A stretch of 63,949 bases of DNA, filler included, from Octopus bimaculoides (Eukaryota): NCBI RefSeq assembly GCF_001194135.2. It is 11 parts of 11 records of this genome, joined end to end, with 100 filler letters (N's around TTAATTAATTAA, not from the genome) between each part and the next. Parts side by side here need not be neighbours in the genome. Positions count along the whole stretch, not along the records: positions 52,836 to 57,605 come from NC_068984.1; positions 57,706 to 60,417 come from NC_068987.1; positions 60,518 to 62,830 come from NC_068997.1; positions 62,931 to 63,949 come from NW_026319938.1; 7 more parts are not named here. One strand, 5' to 3'. A model generated the notes under the pieces. That model was not told where the DNA came from. It saw only the letters and a list, made by a program, of their open reading frames with translations, and searched no databases. Positions within the stretch are counted from its first letter, which is position 1; each line of letters starts with the position of its first letter. Made by a program: the position numbers and the translations under genes. This document shows positions 52,836 through 63,949 of the stretch, one piece after another.

Positions 52836-53945
52836 GGGAATTGTGTTCGTTTGATCTCAAATGTCATGTCTGTTGGTTTGATTGGAATTCTTGGAATGAA
52901 AACCTCTTCCCCAGAGACACATCCAGAGATGATGGTAGATTCTGTCACATTAGGTGATAATGTCTTCACAATCAAACTTGTCCCATTGCATAATTTAGGA
53001 GGATTCAAATTTCTTAGAAGCATTATTGGGATTCCTACCGTCAGAAAAAGCTTATGTGGAGGAATTCCAGGTGGCTCAAGAGAATTAAGGAACTCTATTG
53101 GGTAATGGACAGCTTGATTTTCATTAAGGACTGAATCAACTGATTTGTACTTCTTAATTACTGTTGGAATCTTATTCATTAATTCATGGTTAATCCTTGC
53201 AACCGTTTCATTTTTTGGAATAAGAATCGTACTTTCACACAACCATTTATGTCAATTATAATTGTTATTTAAGTCTGGCAATACCCTGTTCTTCAGTTCA
53301 GCTGGGGAATTTACCATGATAGAAATATGAGCCAAATTGATATCGCCATTCCCATACAATGGTACTTTCCCATTTCCTAATTGGAGGAGCCAGGTTGAAA
53401 ACTGCTTCGCACACTGGTCCCCATGTAATGAAGCTCGCACGTTAGTATTGAAGGAGTATTTCAGTACTTTATTCCATAGGTGCCAAGACTTAATGAATGC
53501 TTTTAATTCATCAGATCTTGATCGCCTCAGAATCACTGGTAATGTCTGTCTGAAGTCTCCTGATAAAACTAATGTAACTCCTCCCATAGATTTACTGTTG
53601 CTTCTGATGTCCTGTAAGGTCTTACCAAGAGCTTCCATTGCATCCCTATGTGATATGGTACATTCATCCCAAATGATAAGGTGGCATTGTCACAACACTT
53701 CTACTGAACCCTAATCTTTGTTTATGTTGCAAATTGGACTGTCACTTGTGACCAGGTTTAGTGGTAATTTAAAAGCAGAATGAGCTGTTCGTCTTCCGGG
53801 AAGAATGGTTGCAGCAAAGCCAGACAATGGAACAGCAACTGCAATTTTTTTTGTTACCTTACCTTGGACAGAAGCAAAGTTATAACTGTTTTACCTGTGT
53901 CACCAGGAACCTCAAAAAAGAAAATTCCTCTGCTATTTTCTGACG
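52836..53945 (-). mobile_element. Helitron RepHel PIF1-family helicase remnant (pseudogenised)
   Basis: Walker A-like FFEVPGDTGKT, IIWDEC, GGVTLVLSGDFRQTLPV, YPIEFLNSLEPPGIPPH, IMLLRNLNPPKLCNGT, FIPRIPI, KRTQF; internal stops; cut by the contig end at 52835. Confidence 0.92.
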
Positions 53946-53968
53946 ATTGTGAAACGCTGCACGCATAT

Positions 53969-54021
<53 letters not shown>

Positions 54022-54068
54022 TACATATACATACAGCATCAGACATCAAGTGAAATGGACGTGTGTGC

Positions 54069-54118
<50 letters not shown>

Positions 54119-54772
54119 AGTGCAGAAAGACAGAGAGGGAGAGGGAGAGGGAGAAAGAGAGAGAACATTGCAGGCAATGAATGAGATAGACATGGAATGA
54201 AAAAATCGTATTAATAAAAGCACGTTAAAAACTATCTTGTACCGAATATTTAAATTTGTGAACTTAGTAAATATTTATTTCAGTAATTTATCGTAGTTGT
54301 TTACAAATAGCGAATTAAAATCGAAATGAAAACATTAAAATTAGTCAGGGACAGACTTCGTCGTTTTTTCGTCAATACCGGAACTTGACAATGAGAAACC
54401 TTTTTAAAGAAGTGAATATAGTAATATATAAAATCAAGCAATATTTTTTTCTTATTTTCAAAAAAAAAAAAAATCAAATCAAAAGCCAATAATTTGTTCG
54501 AGGTGGAATTATTCATGCAATCACAAGTATGGAAGCAATTGGTGAAGCCGTTTCCGTGTGAAAAGTGAATACACAAACATCTCTATTTTTTTAATATCTA
54601 TATATATATATATGTAGACAGACATATATATATATATATATATATATAAAACCGTCGAAAGCTTGTTTATTTTTATGTTTTTGATTTATCATTAGTGTTG
54701 CTTAATATGTCTGGCTAAAATTGCTGTTTCTTCTTAGATATCATCAGAAAAAGGTAATTAAAATTCCTTAAA

Positions 54773-55827
54773 ATGACATATCTATTGGACTTTCAAAGAG
54801 GTCAAATTGTTGGTGCTTGTATGACAGGCGCTAGCGTAACGAAAACAGCCGAAATGGCAGCCTTTGAAAAAGAGAGGAAAATATCCTCGTCGAAACAAAT
54901 CTCCGGAAGAAAACCCAAACTTTCTGATAGGGACCGTTGGACTCTTACGCAAATTGTTAGAAAAGATAACAAAAGTACAGCTCCCAAAACTACTGCTGAG
55001 CTTAATGACTGCCACGAGAACCCAGTTTCCACAAAATCTCTTCGCCGGGAGCTGCACAAAGCCGGATTTCACGGGAGGGCTGCAATCAGAAAACCATTAC
55101 TTTCAAACACAAACGTTGCAAAGCGTTTAGAGTGGAGTAAAAACCTACTGAATTGGTCCATAGAGCAAAGGAAGAATGTTATTTTCTCGGATGAGTCATC
55201 TTTTACCTTATTTCCAACCACCGGCCGAGTATACGTGTGGAGACAGCAAAAAAGAAAGCATTTGACCCAGACTACCTTATTCCAACTGTTAAACATGGAG
55301 GAGGATCTGTGATGATATGGGATGGAGGCTATATCGTGGAAATCTGCTGGCCCAATGGTTTCCCTTCATGGCAGAATTAATAGTCAAGAGTATATAAGCA
55401 TTTTATCTGATCAAATTAATCCTGTGGTTGCGGAACTGTTTCTGGAGGGAAACGCAATGTTTCAGGATGATAATGCACCAATTCACAGGGCTAAAGTTGT
55501 TACTGAATGACACGAAGAAAGTTGTAGTGAAGTTGAATATATTATCCGGCCACCACAGTCCCCAGATCTCAATATTATTGAACATTTATGGTGCATTTTA
55601 GGAAAACAAGTAAGGAGTCGATATCCTCTACCATCATCACTACAAGAACTGGAGACTATTTTAGTTGAAGAATGGACAACGATTCCTTTGGAAACAATTC
55701 AAACTTTGTTTGAGCCAATACCACGTAGAATTCAAGCTGTAATTACTGCCAAATTCACTCCTACCCAATATTAAAATAAATTTGTTTTTAAATTTTAAGG
55801 TGTTTCCATTATTTTGTCCAACCCCTG
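54773..55827 (+). mobile_element. Tc1/mariner transposon remnant, DD36E-spaced transposase pseudogene with right TIR
   Basis: Paired-type HTH (DFQRGQIVG, SGRKPKLSDRD), VIFSDES, frameshifted TVKHGGGSVMIW, FQDDNAPIH, SPDLNIIEHLW; stop at 55772-55774; right TIR (reverse complement CAGGGGTTGGACAAAATAATGGAAACACC) ends at 55827 and is followed by TA. Frameshifts and an in-frame TGA are present; the left TIR is not seen. Confidence 0.92.
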
Positions 55828-55869
55828 TATATCAAACTTTTTTTTATAAGTAAATACTGTGTTCTACTG

Positions 55870-55958
55870 TGTTAGCAGTAAAATGATTTTATAATGTCCC
55901 TGGCACACTGGGGAAAAATACTGCCGGTACGCCACATCAAATAGTTTGAGAAGCAGTG
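55870..55958 (-). mobile_element. Partial copy of the 23037-23320 MITE family
   Basis: Reverse complement cactgcttctcaaactatttgatgtggcgtaccggc matches the left end of the 23037 element. Confidence 0.65.
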
Positions 55959-57121
55959 CCTTATAGTATATTATGGTTGCATAACGAAATACCACGTACC
56001 TACAAATCATTAACATTTACGTACCAGCTTCCAGGAGTGCGTTTAATATGTAATTTGGTATATCCAGTAACGATAAACCGTTATGTTTAGTGATTATTTA
56101 AGTAATATGTTCGAGGCTGATTAATGTGTTAGATAGGTGTTGATGAAGGGGCAAAAATCCCCGACATATGGCTTGCACGCCCATTACCCGTGTTTCATCT
56201 TCGGTCTCAATGTTTACATCTGACGTTTTGTATACGAAATGTAATTACAAAAATTAGTGCTGGCTATAATTTCAGTAGAATATCTGAGATAACCTTAACA
56301 AATAATGTTATGATATATATACATTGATATACGCTAATTTATGTATATGCAATTGTGTGTGTGTATATTTTATATTACATACACAACAATGTTTAAGTTT
56401 CCTTTCTTTTTTAATGATGTTTTCTTATCTTTTCCTAAATCTATTACAGTTACTTTTGAATAAAGACATTTCCATACATCAATACTTTATATTAATGTTT
56501 CGAGTCCTTACAAATCCCATTTATGAAACAGTGTGGTGGTGGGGAAGGTGATAATAACATCTTGCTTGTACGCTTTGTGTTAAATCGTAAAGTATTTTGG
56601 AAATCAACTTATAACTCATAAGACAAGGAACGAAAGATTTATAATATACAAAAGTAAGACGCGTGAAAAATTTTAAAGCAGATAAAAATCACTGACACCA
56701 TGTTTAAATCAATTAAGTCCCAATGATATATTTTATGCGATGTATCTATGTTTAATATAACTTTGTGTGTTACTATTAATAAAGCCTTCACGATTTTCTA
56801 ACTTTTGTTGTGGACTGCTATATAAAATTGCGATGTTGTTTTTCTACACAGTTTCATTTTGTGTACTGCTTAACGCTGATTTCTTGTCAATGCATGGTCA
56901 ATCGACGAGAAGTGCTGTACTTGTGTATTTGATGTAACAAGTTCATACAAATTTCTGTAGAAATACAGTGAGAATAGAAATTAGAACCGGAAGTGTGTTT
57001 TTGTCTGCATGTGACTATATAAGCATCCAAAACAATTACCGAAATCATATTACATGTTACTGTGGTGTTACTCGTTAGCAAATAAGGGCTATAAATCCTA
57101 GAAATAATCAATTAATTTTGC

Positions 57122-57191
<70 letters not shown>

Positions 57192-57726
57192 CTTCTCATC
57201 GGCTGCGAAGGTAAACGTTTATTTGACCTTTTATTGTCCACATTTTGTTGGAATTTTTAAATAATTTTGTTGCGAAGTACCTAGGCTTCATTTGTGTGTA
57301 TTTTCAAGGGCAGGAATTGGCCCCTAGGGGCAGTTTCGGCCCAAGCAAAATAAAAAAATTTCCTTCTTGACATTTGAAAAATGTCGAGAAACATAATTTT
57401 GGAACGCTTCAGATGCTAGACGAAAAAAAAGAACAGAGTAGCGCGAGCTCACTCAGTGATAGGAACGCAGCTGCTGTAATCGTCACAAACACGGCGATTA
57501 CAGCTACAAACAGCCCTCTCACCACCACCACCACCACCACCACCACCATGAAAACTATGAGGAAATCTGGATCGGAGGAGACTGCTACTACAGTCTCTCC
57601 ATCTANNNNNNNNNNNNNNNNNNNNNNNNNNNNNNNNNNNNNNNNNNNNTTAATTAATTAANNNNNNNNNNNNNNNNNNNNNNNNNNNNNNNNNNNNNNN
57701 NNNNNATAGATTACTTTATTTTTTCT

Positions 57727-57775
57727 GTCTCAGATGAAGGGAAGTACTGGATCTTCCCAGAAACAGTTGTAAGAC
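57727..57775 (+). ncRNA. Degenerate type I hammerhead ribozyme (core U4>A)
   Basis: GTCT-CAGATGA-A-GGGAAG(tactggat)CTTCCC-A-GAAA-C-AGTT-GTA-AGAC; stems I, II and III all form, but the core reads CAGAUGA instead of CUGAUGA. Confidence 0.7.
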
Positions 57776-57873
57776 TCTATCCATAAAATTCTTCAACCTT
57801 ACCTTTACTCTCTTTATCTTTTTATTTTTATATATTTACATATATATATATATTTATAAATACAAATGTGTGT

Positions 57874-57915
<42 letters not shown>

Positions 57916-58659
57916 TTGCGCGCGCGCGTTCACGATGTAGGAATTTATAAGCTTCAAGGGAACGTGAAATAATTCTTTTTAGGAAAGGAGAAACTCGATG
58001 CAGATAAAATTAGAAATAATAGTATATAAAGAATTGGTTAAAAAGGCGTTTAGATAGAGAAAGTGGAATGCTGGTAAAGATAAAATTTCTAAAATAGATA
58101 CAGATGATGGTGATGTATCCATTTCTGTGGAGTCGGGGTGCAAGTCTATTATTGTATTTTAATTTAGAGGAGACGGAAAGAGAGAGAGAGTAAAAAAGAG
58201 GAGAGATTCCTTGGGAGTGTCTCTGAGTGTTGCTTATGTCCTTTATTATTATTATTATTCTTTCTACTGTTGACAGGGGGGATATTGGTCGGTAGTGAAG
58301 CATCTGCTACTGGTATTGTTGGTGTTGTTGGTGTTTCCGATCTTCCTGTTCCAACCGGTTTTGCTGTTCTTGCTCGTGCTGGTCTACTTCGAGTGTTTGC
58401 TGATTTTGCTGTTCCTGTTATTGACGATAACGTTGTCACCAGGGATGATGTCCGCCATTGTTATTGATAGTTGCTGGTTTAGTTCAAGAAGCTTTTGAAG
58501 ACCGTTGCTTGCAGTAAGGAGGTTCTATGGTTCCCTGCCTTGTATTTAAGGCAGGAAGCTCTTAAGTTCACGTTTCCACAAACAGGTGGCATCCTGATAT
58601 TCTATTCCCAAACATAACAAGCAGCTCTTCGCCTTCTGGTAGACAAATACAGAGGACCT

Positions 58660-59487
58660 GTGTCTAAGGACGAGGAGGAGTAACCTGCAGATAGAGACAG
58701 AAACACTTATATGTGCAGCTCAGGAACAATCGTTAAGAACCATCTATATGAAGTGCAGAATAGACAACACTAGCGATAGCGACAAATGCAGAATGTGTGG
58801 TGAGAGAGGGGAAACAGTATGCACATCGTTAGCGAATACCCGAAATTTGCTCAACGCGAATAAAAAAGACGCCATGACAAAGTGGCAGGAATGACCCATT
58901 AGGAGCTCTGTGGGAATCACGGCCAAAAAGTGCAGAGACGTGGCATGGGCAAACGCTAGAAGGAGTCACCAAAAATGAGAATTGCAAAATACTCTGGGAT
59001 GCAATGATCCAGAGTGATCACCCGACCAGATATTAGGGATCGGACATTGTTGTGGTGAATAAAAAGAAACAACACTTATGGTAATCAACATAGTATGCCC
59101 TGGTGGCAGCAGGATCAATGTGAAAGGAGAATAAAATGAACAACTATGATAATTTGAAGTTGGAAATACGATGGTTGTGCTCAATGAAGAGAGTAGACGT
59201 GGCACCAATCGTAATTGGTGCACTTGGAAGTATCAGCACTCAACTACCCACATGGCTCAAAACGATTGGCGCAAGTATGAAGGTAGAACACCTACAAAAA
59301 TCAGAATTGCTGGGAACTGCAAGAATTCTTTGCAGTGTTCTTGAAGCTTGACCAGTAAACAAGCGTCGCCCTAGTCTGCCTAATCTGTTGTCACTGCCCA
59401 TCATATCCAGCAAAATAAGGTGTGAGTTTTCATATAATAATAATAATAATGATGATGATGATAATAATAATAATAATAATAATAATA
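58660..59487 (+). mobile_element. 5'-truncated R4/Dong-clade (RLE) non-LTR retrotransposon remnant with (TAA)n tail
   Basis: ETETLICAAQEQ, zinc knuckle KCRMCG...HIVS, RHDKVA, KILWD, SDIVVV (decayed PD..D), YDNLKLEI, PIVIGALGSI, LQKSELLGTARIL, stop at 59351; short 3'UTR then (TAA/TGA)n from 59435. Confidence 0.85.
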
Positions 59488-59571
59488 TCAAGTGTGTGTG
59501 CAGTGCAGTAAATGTCTGTCTGTCCGTCTATCTATCTATCTATGTGTGTGTATCTATATGTGTGTAGCTTC

Positions 59572-59608
<37 letters not shown>

Positions 59609-60034
59609 AAATATTAATATGGATACATGCATGCATTACTAGAGAGGCATTTGTAAATATGTACGTAAGAAAACATATACGCGTATGCACCTGAATAGTG
59701 TTTATTCTGGGGAGCATAACCTATATATGTACTGATTGCACTATTGCCTTAGCAGTGCACAAATCTCTTCTATTCGCTGCTTGCAAATGAAACACGATTA
59801 CTTTCGAGCAATCCGTCCCAATCCATCGATGAATCTGATTGACCATAAGCAGGATTGAAGAAAAATTCAAGTCCATGTGTATAATCCTGATTCTGAGAGC
59901 ATATATGTATGTATGTGTGTATGTATGTATGTATGTATGTATGTATGTATGTATGTATGTATGTATGTATGTGAGTGCGTGTGTATGCATACGTGTATAT
60001 ATATGTACATATATATATATTTATATACGCACAC

Positions 60035-60073
<39 letters not shown>

Positions 60074-60130
60074 GAAAGAGAGAGAGTGTGTGTGTGAGAG
60101 AGAGAGAGAGTGAGAGAGAGTGAGAGATAA

Positions 60131-60179
<49 letters not shown>

Positions 60180-60517
60180 CAGACATAAGGTTGTAATCCT
60201 TTGAAACATATGTAGGAATAAAGTATGCAATTATAACATGCGTTTTCTCCATTCCTTAAATTCTTAAATATACTCAAATACCCAAAATTTCAAGGAGTTC
60301 CTGCCTTAAAAACAGGAACTAAACCACAGTTATTTTGTGTTCTTTGCTACATTGGTTTCTATTAACCCATTTATTCTATCAGAATAATTTTTATTCATTA
60401 AGATAGAAGAAATACACNNNNNNNNNNNNNNNNNNNNNNNNNNNNNNNNNNNNNNNNNNNNTTAATTAATTAANNNNNNNNNNNNNNNNNNNNNNNNNNN
60501 NNNNNNNNNNNNNNNNN

Positions 60518-62373
60518 ACGATCTTACACGCAATGTGCTGCCTAATAGACTCCCGTATTAAATGCGATTGTTTACGCAATGTGCGGCAGTATAGACTCCC
60601 GTGATAAAAACGATCGTTGAGGCAATGTGCGGGACAAAAACCTCCCGTATTAAATACGATCGTTGACGCAAGGTGCAGCAGAAAAACCTCCCGCATTAAA
60701 TACGATCTTTGACGCAAGGTGGCGCAGAATAGACTCCCGTATTCTATTCGCTTGTTGACGCAATGTGCGGCAGAAAAACCTCCCGTATTAAATACGTTCG
60801 TTGACGCTAGGATGGCAGAAAAACTCCCGTATTAAATGCGATCGTTGACGCAATGTGGGGCAGTATAGACTCCCGTGATAAAAACGATCGTTGACGCAAT
60901 GTGCGGCACAAAAGCCTCCCGTATTAAATACGATCGTTGAAGCATGGTGCGGCAGAAAAACCTCCCGTATTAAATACGATCTTTGACGCATGGTGCAGCA
61001 GTAAAGACTCCCGTATTAAATGCGATCGTTGACACAATGTGCGGCAGTATTGACTCCCGTGATAAAAACGATCGTTGACGCAATGTGCGGCACAAAAGCC
61101 TCCCGTATTAGATACGATCGTTGACGCAAGGTGCGGCAGAAAAACCTTCCGTATTAAATACGATAGTTGACGCAATGTGCGGCAGAAAAATCTTCCGAAT
61201 TAAATACGATCGTTGACGCAAGGTGCGGCAGAAAAGACTCCCGTATTAAATACGACCTTAGACAGAAGGTGCTGCAGAATAGACTCCCGTATTAAATGCG
61301 ATCGTTGACGCAAAGTGCGGCAGTATAGACTCTCGTATTAAATACGATCGTTGACGCAATGTGCGCCAGAAAACCTCCAGTATTAATACGATCGTTGACG
61401 CATGGTGCTGCAGAATAGACTTCCGTATTAAATGCGGTCGTTGACGCAAAGTTCGGCAGTATAGACTCCCGTATTAAATACGATCGTTGACGCAAGGTGG
61501 GGCAGAAACGACTCCCGTATTAAATACGATCTCAAACGCGAGGTGCTGCAGAATAGACTCCCGTATTAAATGCGATCGTTGACGGAAGGTGCGGCAGAAA
61601 AAACTCCCGTATTAGATGCGATCGTTGACGCAAGGTGCGGCAGAATAGACTCCCGTATTAAATGCGATCATTGACGCAAGGTGCGGCAGAATAGACTCCC
61701 GTATTAAATGCGATCGTTGATGCAAGGAGCGCCAGAAAAGACTGCCGTATTTAATACGTTCTTACACGCAAGGTGCTGCAGAATAGACTCCCGTATTAAA
61801 TGCGATCGTTAACGCCAGGTGCAGCAGTATAGACACCCGTATTCTATACGGTTGTTGACGCAATGTGCGGCAGAAAAACCTCCGTATTAAATACGTTCGT
61901 TGACGCAAGGTGGGCCAGAAACGATTCCCGTATTAAATACGATCTCACACGCAATGTGCTTCAGAATAGACTCCCGTAATAAATGCGATCGTTGACGCCA
62001 TGTTCTGCTGTAAAGACTCCCGTATTAAATGCGATCGTTGACGCAAGGTGCGGCACAAAAAACTCCCGTATTAAATGCGATCGTTGACTCAAGGTGCGGC
62101 CGAAAAGATTCCAGTAGTAAATACGATCTTACACGCAAGGTGCTGCAGAATAGACTCCCGTATTAAATGCGATCGTTGACACAAGGTGCGGCAGAAACAC
62201 CTCCCATATTAAATGCGATCGTTGACGCAAGGTGCGGCAGAAAAACCTTCCGTATTTAAATACGATAGTTGACGCAATATGCGGCAGAAAAACCTTCCGT
62301 ATTAAATACGATCGTTGACGCAGGGTGCGGCAGAAAAGACTCCCGTATTAAATACGACCTTACACAGAAGGTG
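60518..62373. repeat. 46-bp tandem satellite/minisatellite, ~40 units, CpG-rich; both ends run into gaps
   Basis: Consensus GACTCCCGTATTAAATGCGATCGTTGACGCAAGGTGCGGCAGAATA; period measured as 46 bp (61561 to 61607). Confidence 0.95.
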
Positions 62374-62789
62374 NNNNNNNNNNNNNNNNNNNNNNNNNNN
62401 NNNNNNNNNNNNNNNNNNNNNNNNNNNNNNNNNNNNNNNNNNNNNNNNNNNNNNNNNNNNNNNNNNNNNNNNNCAAACAACGAGAGAAACAAATGGAAAA
62501 CAGGACAAGTAACAAAGAACGACCCTTCGTCAGTTGTCGGCTGTCTATCTGCTCCTCATTTCGAGCACTGAACGACAATATGAGTCTCCGAAGACAGTTG
62601 CTCCCTTACGTGCCAAGAAGTTTGGGACTTATGGAGGGTTAAAGTTGGAAACAAAAACAGGACAGTGGAGACAAACAAGGAAACCGAACGAAAACAAACA
62701 TGGAGGGTCGTTGGATCAGAACGAGGGTAAAAATAGCGAACGCTGAAGAAATATTTTCTTTGAGAAGAGAAAAAATATGAGAGATAGGA

Positions 62790-62830
<41 letters not shown>

Positions 62831-63218
62831 NNNNNNNNNNNNNNNNNNNNNNNNNNNNNNNNNNNNNNNNNNNNTTAATTAATTAANNNNNNNNNNNNNN
62901 NNNNNNNNNNNNNNNNNNNNNNNNNNNNNNCCACCTTGACCATGATTCTATAAAAAGTTTTAAAATTTTGTAAACAGAGATTTACTTACGTCTCTTGCAT
63001 AAATAAAAGAAATTTTATTTAACAAACTGTGACACTAAGGACCGAGGTTACCGTGGTCTTTTCGTAGGTTTTTCTTTCCACGGATAACCTCCCCATTTAT
63101 TGGGAATTTTCTGTATTATTTCGTATTTTTTGTAAATACCCCAAACGTTTTGCGATGTATTTTTTTTTTTGATCGTTGTCCCCACTTTTGTTTTTTTTCT
63201 GCTTTGTTTTCGCCCCCC

Positions 63219-63300
63219 TCGAAAAGAAAAACTCTACATTTGTATTTTGTCCCCTCTATGTTGAGCCCTGTGTGGCTAATAAAGAAACATCTATCTATCT
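63219..63300 (+). repeat. LINE-like 3' tail with AATAAA followed by (TATC)n; inverted copy at 29735-29806
   Basis: cgaaaagaaaaact..catttgtattttgtcccctctatgttgagccctgtgtggctaataaagaaac is shared in reverse complement with 29735-29806. Confidence 0.75.
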
Positions 63301-63756
63301 ATCTATCTATCTATCTATACATACATACATATTTGTATCTATTTATTTCTCCGAACTTAAATTTAAATGTTAATTCACTGGAAGAAAAGGATTTATTGCA
63401 TGAGGTAATCGAGTGGTAAACTTTAATCCATTTTAATCTTCCCATATATGAATGTATACATAAGCAAACTAGTTGTAAAATCTCAAGAGATCATAGTAGT
63501 GACTATACTATATTATTAACTATAGTAGTGACGGGAGTTAGGGGCTGACAGGTATTGGGTGCTAGTGTTTGTGGAGTGGGAAGGTGTGTAAATGCATGTG
63601 CATGTGAGTGTGTATACGTGCGTTTATAATGGTGTCAGGTGTGGGTACTGGGAGATCCTGGGTGTTAATGTGTGTGGGGTAAGAAATATTTATATATACA
63701 TATATATAAATATAGCAAGATAGATAGATAGATAAATAGATAGGTAGGTAGGTAGG

Positions 63757-63803
<47 letters not shown>

Positions 63804-63812
63804 GTAGGTAGG

Positions 63813-63848
<36 letters not shown>

Positions 63849-63949
63849 AAGGACAACAAAAGACAGAAAGAGGTCTCGGTATTATGTAAAAGCGATGCGT
63901 CAGTAATGTAAGGATTAGCATAGTTGCCTTCCAAACAGTCGAACCGGGT

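Noticed and set aside
60518-62373. CRISPR-like array or repetitive ORFs (RQRSYLIRE...)
   Set aside because: There are no unique spacers and no cas genes, the context is eukaryotic, and the 46-bp period is not a multiple of 3.
62520-62560. CTGACGA hammerhead half-core on the minus strand
   Set aside because: No downstream stem II closure, GAAA or cleavage triplet is visible before the gap.

Overview
Eukaryotic (metazoan) genomic DNA that is AT-rich, microsatellite-dense and heavily gapped. The SINE and microsatellite landscape looks like an octopus/coleoid cephalopod genome (inference, not checked). The only confidently supported host gene is JMJD6 on the minus strand. Eight coding exons were assembled by hand (13030-12976, 7279-7068, 6290-6138, 5165-5065, 3780-3685, 2049-1902, 1591-1403, 381-227), all with GT-AG introns and consistent phases. 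The HxD...H iron triad, the GRP AT-hook and the poly-Ser tail are present; the last exon probably lies left of the window. The rest is mostly transposon debris: two tRNA-derived SINE families, RTE, CRE-like and R4/Dong-like LINE remnants, a Helitron PIF1 helicase, a DD36E Tc1-type transposase, a maT/mariner remnant with a nested hAT MITE, a Charlie-type MITE, a 46-bp CpG-rich satellite and a ~1.7-kb tandem duplication carrying an orphan ORF. The most notable observation is a structurally complete type I hammerhead ribozyme (13683-13798, minus) with an unusually long 87-nt stem II and a palindromic stem III; two degenerate relatives occur elsewhere. Ten 100-nt gaps contain an artificial TTAATTAATTAA linker, so adjacency across them is uncertain. 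All alignments and folds were done by eye.
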